Below, one piece after another: positions 10,180 through 18,483 of a stretch of 64,000 bases of DNA. The DNA is taken from positions 110,865 through 174,864 of the forward strand of contig JBCCIC010000008.1 of the NCBI GenBank assembly GCA_039028435.1. The letters run 5' to 3'. The first letter of the stretch is position 1. Each line of letters begins with the position of its first letter. Under the pieces are notes generated by a model. That model did no database searches. It saw nothing but the letters and a program-made list of their open reading frames with translations, and had not been told where the DNA came from. Origin of the DNA: Actinomycetota bacterium. Its GTDB lineage: Bacteria > Actinomycetota > Acidimicrobiia > Acidimicrobiales > UBA10347. Made by a program: the position numbers and the translations under genes.

Positions 10180-11283
10180 ATGACGCTCGACACCGCCACC
10201 GGCTCCGGGATACTCGAACTCGACACGATGCTCGAGGACCTGGGTGTCCTGGTGAACATCGAGTCGCCGTCCCGTGACCTCGACGCACTGGCTGAGTCGG
10301 CCGGGGCGCTGGCCCGACTTATCGAGCAGCGCCTGGGCGGATCCGCCGAGCTCATCGACTCGCCCGCCGGTCCCCATGTCCACTGGCGAGGCGGCGGCGA
10401 GCCGAAGGTCCTCCTGCTGGGTCATCACGACACGGTGTTCCCACTCGGCACACTCGAACGCCGACCGTTCACGGTCGCCGAGGGTCGGGCGACGGGTCCC
10501 GGCGTGTTCGACATGGCTGCTGGCATCATCCAGGCGGTCCACGCCGTTGGGTCGCTCGAGGACCGATCCGGCTGCGAGCTGTTGTTCTCCTCGGATGAAG
10601 AGGTCGGGTCCCGGGCGTCGCGAGAACTGATCATCGAGCGGGCACAGGCGTGCGGACACGTCTTGGTGTTCGAGGGCAGCGCCGACGGTGGCTTGCTCAA
10701 GACGGCGCGCAAGGGTTGCGGCACCTTCGAGGTCGTCATCCGCGGGCGCGCTTCCCACGCTGGCCTCGAACCCGAACAGGGTGTCAACGCATTGGTCGAG
10801 GCCGCGCACCAGGTGTTGACCGTCGCAACGATCGGCCGACCCGAGATCGGCACGACGGTCACGCCGACCGTCGCTTCGGCCGGGACTGCGGACAACGTCG
10901 TGCCGGCTGAGGCGCGGGTCAGCGTGGACGTGCGTGTCGAATCGGCCGATGAGAAGGAGCGGGTCGAGGCCGAGATGGCGGCACTCACACCGAACCTCGC
11001 GGAGGCCGAGATCGAGGTTCTGGGCGGCGTGAATCGTCCGCCGATGCCCGAGTCGGTGTCCACCGAGCTCTTCGCTCTGGCCAAGCAGGTCGCGCCCTGG
11101 GTCGATGGCACCGCCGTCGGCGGCGGGAGCGATGGCAACTTCACGGGAGCGGCCGGTGTGCCGACGCTCGACGGACTGGGCGCCGTCGGTGGCGGGGCCC
11201 ACGCCGACCACGAGTACGTGATGGTCGACACGATGCCCGTACGGGGCCGATTGGTCGCGGACATCATCGCCAACCTGCCCTGA
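10180..11283 (+). CDS. M20 family metallopeptidase (glutamate carboxypeptidase-like)
   Basis: GHHDTV, GPGVFDM, SDEEVGS, GGGSDGN and GAHADHE motifs. Confidence 0.9.
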   Translation: MTLDTATGSGILELDTMLEDLGVLVNIESPSRDLDALAESAGALARLIEQRLGGSAELIDSPAGPHVHWRGGGEPKVLLLGHHDTVFPLGTLERRPFTVAEGRATGPGVFDMAAGIIQAVHAVGSLEDRSGCELLFSSDEEVGSRASRELIIERAQACGHVLVFEGSADGGLLKTARKGCGTFEVVIRGRASHAGLEPEQGVNALVEAAHQVLTVATIGRPEIGTTVTPTVASAGTADNVVPAEARVSVDVRVESADEKERVEAEMAALTPNLAEAEIEVLGGVNRPPMPESVSTELFALAKQVAPWVDGTAVGGGSDGNFTGAAGVPTLDGLGAVGGGAHADHEYVMVDTMPVRGRLVADIIANLP

Positions 11284-11371
11284 GCCGCGAGTCGGCAATG
11301 GCCCAGCCCTCTGGTTCGGGCACCGACCGATGCGCGAACATCGTCGGGTCACGACTCCAGGGGGAAGACAC

Positions 11372-12565
11372 ATGCCCGGTCCGCTCGACGGTTACACGAT
11401 CCTCGACCTCACCCAGGTCGTCTCGGGGCCGCTCGCTGCCATGCTGTTCGCCGACCAAGGCGCCGATGTGATCAAGGTCGAGCCGCTCGGCACGGGTGGT
11501 GACCTGACCCGCTTGCCCGCCTTTGCCAAGGGCGGGCTTCCCGCGTTCTACCTGAACAACAATCGCGGCAAGCGATCGATCGCCGTCGATGTCGGTACCG
11601 ATGAGGGCAAGGCGGTGCTGTTCGAGCTGGCCGGCCAGGTCGACATCATCATGCAGAACTTCCGGCCAGGTGCCGTCGAGCGGATGGGTATCGGTTACGA
11701 GCAGGTCAAGGCGGTCAACCCGACCGTCATCTACTGCTCGATCAGCGGCTTCGGCCCGGACGGCCCGTACTCGGATCGTCCGGTGCTCGATCCGGTGATC
11801 CAGGGCCTGACCGGCATGGTCAGTCGTCAGTTCAATCCGCAGATTCCGTTCCCGGACCTGGTGCGCAACCTCATCGCCGACAAGAGCACGGCGCTCACCG
11901 TGAGCCAGGCGGTGACGGCGGCGTTACTCGTGCGCGAGAAGCAGGGAGTCGGCCAGCACGTCGAGGTGCCGATGCTCGATGCCGCCATGTACTTCTTCTG
12001 GCCCGACGGGATGATGGACAAGACGGTGCTCGATGAGGACGCCTCGCCCGGGTTCCTGTTGGCGTCGGTGTACTCGCTGAGCGAGGCCAGCGACGGCAAG
12101 TTCGTCTACTTCGCCGCCAGTGATCCTCAACGCCTTGCGCTCTACCGAGCGGTCGGTCACCCGGAGTGGTGCGAGGACGAGCGCTACAACACGATGGCGG
12201 CCATGGCGAACCCGGAGAACTTCGAGGCGGTCGGGGCGATGCTGGCCGAGGCGTTCCTCACGATGACCGTCGAGGAGATTCTGACGCGGCTGGTCGAGGA
12301 GGACGTGCCGTGTGGCCCGATCCTCGACGCCGACCAGGCCATCGCCGATGCGCAGATGATCCACAACGGCACGCTCCACACGTGGCAGCACCCGTTGGCC
12401 GGCACCGTGCAGCAGCCGGTCCCGGCGGCCCGCTTCTCCGAGACGCCGGCGGCCGTCGCCGAGTCGGCGTCGCTCAAGGGTGCCGACACCGACGAGATCC
12501 TCGCCCAGTTCGGCAAGTCGGCGGAAGAGATCGCCGCACTCCGAGACGCCGGCGCCGTCGGTTGA
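11372..12565 (+). CDS. CaiB/BaiF CoA-transferase
   Basis: GPLDGYTILDLTQVVSGP, NRGKRSI, NFRPG and SISGFG motifs. GGGGGA RBS. Confidence 0.92.
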   Translation: MPGPLDGYTILDLTQVVSGPLAAMLFADQGADVIKVEPLGTGGDLTRLPAFAKGGLPAFYLNNNRGKRSIAVDVGTDEGKAVLFELAGQVDIIMQNFRPGAVERMGIGYEQVKAVNPTVIYCSISGFGPDGPYSDRPVLDPVIQGLTGMVSRQFNPQIPFPDLVRNLIADKSTALTVSQAVTAALLVREKQGVGQHVEVPMLDAAMYFFWPDGMMDKTVLDEDASPGFLLASVYSLSEASDGKFVYFAASDPQRLALYRAVGHPEWCEDERYNTMAAMANPENFEAVGAMLAEAFLTMTVEEILTRLVEEDVPCGPILDADQAIADAQMIHNGTLHTWQHPLAGTVQQPVPAARFSETPAAVAESASLKGADTDEILAQFGKSAEEIAALRDAGAVG

Positions 12566-12740
12566 AGCGTTACGTGCGGCAGTTTCGATGATGCGCTTTG
12601 GTGCCAGGCACCAATCGTTACAAGCAGCAGGTCCGGCGGCAGCCGAAACTGTGTAAGTAAGCGAAGCGAGCGGCAGGCACCGAAGCGTTAGATGCGGCAG
12701 TTTCGGCGCCAGCCGAAACTGTGTAAGCGAGCGACAGGTG
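12564..12740. repeat. Composite REP/BIME-like palindromic intergenic element
   Basis: Direct repeats GAAGCGTTA..TGCGGCAGTTTCG (12564, 12682) and CAGCCGAAACTGTGTAAG (12640, 12710). Hairpin CAGTTTCGG-6nt-CCGAAACTG at 12698-12721. Palindrome TTGGTGCC-A-GGCACCAA at 12598-12614. Lies between convergent genes. Confidence 0.8.
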
Positions 12741-12755
12741 CCGTCGGTTGGGGCC

Positions 12756-13196
12756 TCAGGCGCTCCAGCGTTGCAGGCCCCTCATGCCGTACTGGTGCAG
12801 GACCAGGGCACGCTCGGGTGTGATGGCGACGAAGGCGGTGTCCGGCGAGTTTTCGGGGCCGCCGGGAGCGAACGCATTCAAGTCGTAGTCGAAGACACCG
12901 GCCCACAGACGACGCTTGGTCTCGACATCGGTGAAGACCTCGGCCGTCCCCCACAGCTCGACACCGTCGCCGACCTCGGTCACCTGCCAGTGCAGGGCGA
13001 CGTTGGGATTGGCGGCGATGTTGCGAGCCTTGACCGAGGCGGAACCGAGCATCGACCACAGCGTGTCCCCGTCCCAACACGGGTGGACCGGTACGACATC
13101 GGGCTTGCCATCGTCGCCGACGGTGGCGATGTGGGCCCACGGGCTGAGCCCGGAGGCGAATGACTTGACGGTCTCGAGATCGCAGGTTTCGTCCAT
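12756..13196 (-). CDS. Pyridoxamine 5'-phosphate oxidase-like (split-barrel FMN/F420-binding) protein
   Basis: HIATVGDDGKP..VPV and K.RNIAANPNVAL motifs. Confidence 0.85.
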   Translation of the reverse strand: MDETCDLETVKSFASGLSPWAHIATVGDDGKPDVVPVHPCWDGDTLWSMLGSASVKARNIAANPNVALHWQVTEVGDGVELWGTAEVFTDVETKRRLWAGVFDYDLNAFAPGGPENSPDTAFVAITPERALVLHQYGMRGLQRWSA

Positions 13197-13308
13197 GCGC
13201 GGACGCTAGCCGACCATCGAGGTCCGGGCTGCGGGATACCCAGGCTTCGGCCGCTATCGAGAAGAGGGCCTACGGTGTGGCCCGGAGACGACCGATCTGG
13301 GGGATGAC

Positions 13309-14871
13309 ATGGCCGTGTTGACAAAGGGTTTCGCCGCCGAGCGGGGAGGCGTACTGGCCTTGGCCGACGATGTCGGACAGCTCACCTTCACCGAGCTCGA
13401 CACGCGGGTGAATCAGACGGTGCACGCGCTCCGTGCGGCCGGGATCAGCGAGGGCGACACGATCGCCATGGTCTGTGGAAACTGCAACGAGTGGTTCATC
13501 ATGGCCCTTGCCTGTGCGAACACCGGCGTGACACACGTGCCGGTCAACTGGCATCTCGTGGCACCCGAGATCGCCTACATTCTCAACGATTGCGGGGCGA
13601 AGCTCGTGCTGACCGACTTCCGGTTCGCCGACGAGGTCGCCAAGGCGCTCGATCGTCCCGAGTGCGAGGCGGTGACGGCCGCGCTCGTCGTCGGAGCGCC
13701 GACCGACGAACGATTCACGAACTTCGACGAGTTCGCCGATGCAGGCGCGACCGATGAGCCCGAGGATCAGTCCTTCGGCGGCCCGATGTTCTACACCTCC
13801 GGCACAACCGGCAACCCCAAGGGTGTCAAGAGCTCGCTGTCGTCGATGGAACCGGGCACGACCCCCGAGGTCTGGCTGCTGATCGGCGCCGGGTTCGCCC
13901 AGATGATGACCGTGCCCGGAGTGACCGTGCTGTGCGGTCCTGTGTATCACTCGGCCCAGTGGGCGTTCAGCTTCCTGCCGATGATGGCCGGCTCGGCCAC
14001 GGTCATGCAGCACAAGTACGACAGCGCCGGGGTTTTGGATCTGATCGACCGCTTCGGCGGCACGAACATCCACCTCGTCCCCACCCAGATGAAGCGGCTC
14101 GTCGACCTGCCCGACGACGTCAAGACGGGGTTCGACGGCTCGTCGCTCGAACTCGTGCTTCATGGTGCGGCGCCGTGCCCGCCGGTCGTCAAGCGGACGA
14201 TGATCGACTGGTGGGGCCCGAAGATCACCGAGTACTACGGCTCGACCGAGGGGTCGGTCATCACGATCATCAACAGCGAGCAGTGGTTGGAGAAAGGCGG
14301 CTCGGTCGGCCCGGCGATGGACAACATGGAGATCCTCGTCCTCGACGACGACGGCAACCAGCTCGGCCCGAACGAGTCCGGCACGCTCTACTTCCGGAAC
14401 CTGATGGGCATGGATTTCGAGTACCACAACGCGCCGGACAAGACCGCGGAGGCCCACAAGGAGCCGGGCGTGTTCACGACTGGCGATGTCGGCTACCTCG
14501 ATGACGACGGGTACTTGTGGCTGAGCGATCGCAAGATCGACATGATCATCAGTGGTGGCGTGAACATCTATCCGGCCGAGATCGAGGTCGTGCTCGGCGG
14601 GCACGACCTGGTGGCCGACGTGACCGTGATCGGGGTGCCCAACGAGGAGTACGGCGAGGAGGTCAAGGCGTGTGTCGTGCCGAATGACGGGGTCACCGCC
14701 GACGACGATCTGATCGCCACCCTGTCGGGGTACTGCCGGGAGAACCTCGCTGGCTACAAATGCCCGCGCTCGTATGACTTCCTCGACGCGCTGCCGCGCA
14801 CCGGCACGGGCAAGGTGCAGAAGCGCAAGCTGCGCGAGCCCTACTGGGAGGGCCACGACACGCAGATCTAG
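13309..14871 (+). CDS. Acyl-CoA synthetase (AMP-binding)
   Basis: YTSGTTGNPKG, YGSTE, TGDVG, DRKIDMIISGGVNIYP and LPRTGTGKV motifs. Confidence 0.95.
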   Translation: MAVLTKGFAAERGGVLALADDVGQLTFTELDTRVNQTVHALRAAGISEGDTIAMVCGNCNEWFIMALACANTGVTHVPVNWHLVAPEIAYILNDCGAKLVLTDFRFADEVAKALDRPECEAVTAALVVGAPTDERFTNFDEFADAGATDEPEDQSFGGPMFYTSGTTGNPKGVKSSLSSMEPGTTPEVWLLIGAGFAQMMTVPGVTVLCGPVYHSAQWAFSFLPMMAGSATVMQHKYDSAGVLDLIDRFGGTNIHLVPTQMKRLVDLPDDVKTGFDGSSLELVLHGAAPCPPVVKRTMIDWWGPKITEYYGSTEGSVITIINSEQWLEKGGSVGPAMDNMEILVLDDDGNQLGPNESGTLYFRNLMGMDFEYHNAPDKTAEAHKEPGVFTTGDVGYLDDDGYLWLSDRKIDMIISGGVNIYPAEIEVVLGGHDLVADVTVIGVPNEEYGEEVKACVVPNDGVTADDDLIATLSGYCRENLAGYKCPRSYDFLDALPRTGTGKVQKRKLREPYWEGHDTQI

Positions 14872-14885
14872 CGCAATCGGTCCAG

Positions 14886-15491
14886 TTACCGGTCCAGCCA
14901 GGCGGTCTGGATCGGTTGTTTGCCCGGCCGGTCGATGTGGATCCGGCCATCGGGCGGGTGGCGGATCGCCGCGAGGTCCGCATACAGCGGTCGAACGGGT
15001 TCGTTCCGGTTCGAGTAGCAGCTCAGGATGAGCCGTCCGCCAGGTTCGACGAAGTGGTCGAGGAGCCGGTCGACGAGGAGCGCCAGTGCGTCGGGTGGGA
15101 CCGCGTCTTCGAGCGCTGTGACATAGGTGAACCGCTGCGGTGGCTCCCACGACATGACCGAGCCGGTCCAGATCCGCTCGGCGAGCGCCGGGTGTTGCGA
15201 CCGGGCCGCCTCGGCCACACGCGGCAGCAGCTCGAGTCCATGCGGTTCGATGTCGATCCCGCGCTCATGAGCCCAGATGGGCAGGGTCGCCAGCAGGTGG
15301 CCGTTGGCGCATCCAACATCAAGCCAGGACCCGTCGCGATCCATCGGGATCGACAGCTGCTGGCGTTTGGCCCGCCAGGCGCCCTCGGACGACGAGCCCG
15401 CACCCGAGCCTGGCGGCCCAGATCCTGCAGCGACGTACGCGTCCTCGAGAAGGTCGACGGTGCGACGATCCCAGGCGTCGTAGTCGGTCAT
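14886..15491 (-). CDS. Class I SAM-dependent methyltransferase
   Basis: WLDVGCANG motif I. ATG at 15491 overlaps the upstream TGA. Confidence 0.8.
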   Translation of the reverse strand: MTDYDAWDRRTVDLLEDAYVAAGSGPPGSGAGSSSEGAWRAKRQQLSIPMDRDGSWLDVGCANGHLLATLPIWAHERGIDIEPHGLELLPRVAEAARSQHPALAERIWTGSVMSWEPPQRFTYVTALEDAVPPDALALLVDRLLDHFVEPGGRLILSCYSNRNEPVRPLYADLAAIRHPPDGRIHIDRPGKQPIQTAWLDR

Positions 15492-15913
15492 CGATCCAGG
15501 ATCGCGCGGTTCCCTTCCATCCACATGAAGACGATGTCACGCTTGGCGATGCGCCAGCCGTCGGCGGTGCGCACATAGTCGTCCTCGTAGCGCGCTCCGA
15601 TCATCAGGTTGTCGCCGCCGGGCGAATCCTTCTTGACGTGTTGGGCGTGCAGGTAGCAGCGGCCGCTCGCTGTGTCGCCTTCGATCTGGATCTGGTGAGT
15701 CGCGACTTGGTGCTGGCTGATGTCGAAGTACGACAGGGCCGAGGACACCCGACCGATGATCTCGTCGATGCCGTTCTGACCGTCGAGGCCGAGGTCGGTG
15801 ACCGCGTCGGGTGTGAAGACGTCGCGCAACGCGTCCCACTCGCGTTCGTCGAGTGCCCAGCAGTAGGCGTGGGTGAGTTGGACGATGTCGTGATGGTCCT
15901 GCAGTTGACTCAT
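15488..15913 (-). CDS. SnoaL/NTF2-like protein
   Basis: Y..ALD.R.WD.L..VFT.DA and Y.D.Y.RT.DGWRI..R patterns. Confidence 0.88.
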   Translation of the reverse strand: MSQLQDHHDIVQLTHAYCWALDEREWDALRDVFTPDAVTDLGLDGQNGIDEIIGRVSSALSYFDISQHQVATHQIQIEGDTASGRCYLHAQHVKKDSPGGDNLMIGARYEDDYVRTADGWRIAKRDIVFMWMEGNRAILDR

Positions 15914-16710
15914 CAGACGAGCGTCCAGCCGCCGTCGACGGTGAGGTTCTGGCCGATCACGTACGACGAGGCGTCGGACGACAGATAGAGCACGGCCTGA
16001 GCGATCTCACGAACCTCGGCGGATCGACCGAGCGGGATGTTCGCCGAACGCTGACGCATCATCGGACCCATCAGCCCGCTCCGCGACGGGTCCTCGGGCC
16101 AGAGCGGCTTGATCTCGCCGCTGCGCATCTTGGCCAAGGTCGGCACGGGGACGTGTCCCGGGCTCACACAGTTGACCCGGATGCCGTGTGGTGCGAGGTC
16201 GAGAGCAAGGCTGCGGCTGAACTGGATGGCACCGGCCTTGGCCGAGTCGTAGCCGGTACCGAGGCAAGGGAGTGTGCCGTCGACCGAGGCGATGTTCACG
16301 ATCGTGCCGGGGCGGGCGGCGTCGACCATCGACGCGGCTGCGGGTTTGGAGCAGTTGAAGAGCCCGGCGAGGTTGACATCGATCGAGCGGCGCCACGAGT
16401 CGACCGGCTGGTCGAGGATGCTCCCCGCCTCGTGGTAGGTCCCCGCATTGTTGACCAGCAGGTCGAGGCCGTCGATCGCGCCGATCACATCGGTGCACAT
16501 CTCGGGGTCGGTGACGTCGAGATGCACGGCTTCACCACCGACTGCCTCGGCCACCCGTGCCGCGCCGTCGTCATCGAGGTCGGCGACGGTGACGTGCGCT
16601 CCCGCGGCGGCCAAGAGCGTGGCAATGCCTTCGCCGATCCCCGTCGCAGCGCCGGTCACGACGGCGACTCGACCGTCGAGGCTCAGCAGGTTTCCGATCG
16701 CGTCGTCCAT
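15913..16710 (-). CDS. SDR oxidoreductase
   Basis: TGAATGIG, NNAG, YDSAK. Confidence 0.92.
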   Translation of the reverse strand: MDDAIGNLLSLDGRVAVVTGAATGIGEGIATLLAAAGAHVTVADLDDDGAARVAEAVGGEAVHLDVTDPEMCTDVIGAIDGLDLLVNNAGTYHEAGSILDQPVDSWRRSIDVNLAGLFNCSKPAAASMVDAARPGTIVNIASVDGTLPCLGTGYDSAKAGAIQFSRSLALDLAPHGIRVNCVSPGHVPVPTLAKMRSGEIKPLWPEDPSRSGLMGPMMRQRSANIPLGRSAEVREIAQAVLYLSSDASSYVIGQNLTVDGGWTLV

Positions 16711-16832
16711 GGGCCGACCCTAGGCGAGACCTCGGAACCGCATCGCGGTCGGCTTCGCCACGAAATTGATCGCGCGATTAGTATCGGTCGAGTCCGGGCA
16801 ACGACGACACCCGTGACCGAAGGGGGAAAGCC

Positions 16833-17612
16833 ATGGGGGCACTCGAAGGGAAGGTCGCCTGCATTACAGGCGGCACCCGCGGGATCGGGCGGGCCACCGC
16901 CGAGGCCTATCTGCGCGAAGGCGCACAGGTCGTGATCAACGGCCGCAGTGAGGAGAAGGGCCAACAGGCGCTGGCGGAGATGAGGGGCGGCGACGACGTC
17001 CACTTCATCGGCGCCGACGTCAAGACCCGTGAAGGCTGCGAGTCGATCATCAACGGCACGGTCGATCGCTACGGCAAGATCGACATCCTGTTCGCCAACG
17101 CCGGCGGCGCAACCGGGCACGCCCCGGTCGCCGAGCTCGAGGACTGGGCCATGCAGGACAGCCTCGAGTGGAACTTCTGGCACACGTTCTGGACCATGCA
17201 GACCTCGCTCAAGCACATGATTCCGCAGGGCAGCGGTCGCATCATCTGCTGCTCGTCGGTCGAAGGGAAGATGGGCAAGCCCGGCGTGTCGATCTATGTC
17301 GCTGCCAAGCACGCCATCAACGGCCTGGTGAAGTCCTGCGCCCAGGAGGTCGGCCCGCTCGGTATCACGGTCAATGCCGTGTGCCCGGGCGCCATCGAGA
17401 CCGATGTGATGCTCTCGGAGGGTCCGCCCGCCGCCGAGGCGATGGGCATGACCTACGAAGCGCTGCTCGACTGGTTCGCCAGCGAATCGGCGATCAAGCG
17501 ACTGAATGAGGTCGAAGACGTCGCCGAACTGTGTGTGTTGCTGGCGAGCGAGGCCGGTGGAGGCATCAGCGGCTCGCTCATTTCGATCGACGGCGGCACG
17601 TCGCCGTACTAG
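16833..17612 (+). CDS. SDR oxidoreductase (tandem paralogue 1)
   Basis: TGGTRGIG, ANAG, YVAAK. Confidence 0.93.
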   Translation: MGALEGKVACITGGTRGIGRATAEAYLREGAQVVINGRSEEKGQQALAEMRGGDDVHFIGADVKTREGCESIINGTVDRYGKIDILFANAGGATGHAPVAELEDWAMQDSLEWNFWHTFWTMQTSLKHMIPQGSGRIICCSSVEGKMGKPGVSIYVAAKHAINGLVKSCAQEVGPLGITVNAVCPGAIETDVMLSEGPPAAEAMGMTYEALLDWFASESAIKRLNEVEDVAELCVLLASEAGGGISGSLISIDGGTSPY

Positions 17613-17620
17613 GGGGAATC

Positions 17621-18403
17621 ATGGGCAAGCTCGAAGGAAAGGTCGCCTGCATCACCGGCGGCACCCGCAGCATCGGTCGGGGTATGGCCGAGGCGTTCTT
17701 GGCCGAGGGGGCCAAGGTCGTGGTCAATGGCCGCGACGCCGAGAAGGGCGCAACGGCGCTCGAGGAGATGGGCGGCGGTGACAGCGTCGCGTTCTTCGCC
17801 GGCGATGCGTCCAAGCAAGACGCGGTCGAAGGGCTGATCGATTTCACGATCGAGCACTTCGGCCAACTCGACATCTGCTGCCTGAACAGCGGTGGCGTGC
17901 AGATGACGGCACCGGTCGCCCAGATGAGCGACGAAGAGTGGCAGCTCGAGGTCGACTGGAACCTCAACCACGTGTTCTGGGGTATGCGCAAGGCGCTGCA
18001 GCACATGATTCCGCGCGAGTACGGCCGGATCATGGTGACGTCGTCGGTCGAGGGCAAGCTCGGCAAGCCGGGCATCCCCGGCTACGCCGCGACGAAGCAC
18101 GCGGTAAACGGCCTGGTCAAGGCCGCCGCCCACGAGGTCGGCACGCTCGGCATCACCGTCAACTCGATCCTGCCGGGTCTCATCGAGACCGACATCGTCC
18201 GGGCGACGGGTCCGGCGAGTGCCGAGGCGATGGGCCTCGACGGCTACGACGCACTGCTCGACGTCTTCGCCCAGGAATCGTCGATCAAGCGGTTGAACAG
18301 GGTCGAGGAAGTCGCCGCGGTCGCGGTGTATCTCGCCAGCGACGCGGCCCGCAACATGACCGGTTCGATGTTCCCCGTCGACGGCGGGACGATGCCCTAC
18401 TGA
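17621..18403 (+). CDS. SDR oxidoreductase (tandem paralogue 2)
   Basis: TGGTRSIG and YAATK. ATG 17621 after GGGGGA. Clearly homologous to the preceding gene. Confidence 0.93.
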   Translation: MGKLEGKVACITGGTRSIGRGMAEAFLAEGAKVVVNGRDAEKGATALEEMGGGDSVAFFAGDASKQDAVEGLIDFTIEHFGQLDICCLNSGGVQMTAPVAQMSDEEWQLEVDWNLNHVFWGMRKALQHMIPREYGRIMVTSSVEGKLGKPGIPGYAATKHAVNGLVKAAAHEVGTLGITVNSILPGLIETDIVRATGPASAEAMGLDGYDALLDVFAQESSIKRLNRVEEVAAVAVYLASDAARNMTGSMFPVDGGTMPY

Positions 18404-18410
18404 CCCCAAG

Positions 18411-18460
18411 CGAACTTTGCGCGTTCACCGCGTGATGGCGTGGTCAGCGCGCAAAGTTCG
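18411..18460. repeat. Intergenic inverted repeat / stem-loop
   Basis: 13-bp perfect arms CGAACTTTGCGCG / CGCGCAAAGTTCG with further imperfect pairing inside. No U-tract. Confidence 0.75.
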
Positions 18461-18483
18461 TCGAGGATGCCGGAGGAGGCCCG

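Noticed and set aside
12564-12740. Possible mini-CRISPR array
   Set aside because: Only two imperfect units with irregular spacing, no cas genes, and dispersed copies elsewhere. This fits REP-like elements better.
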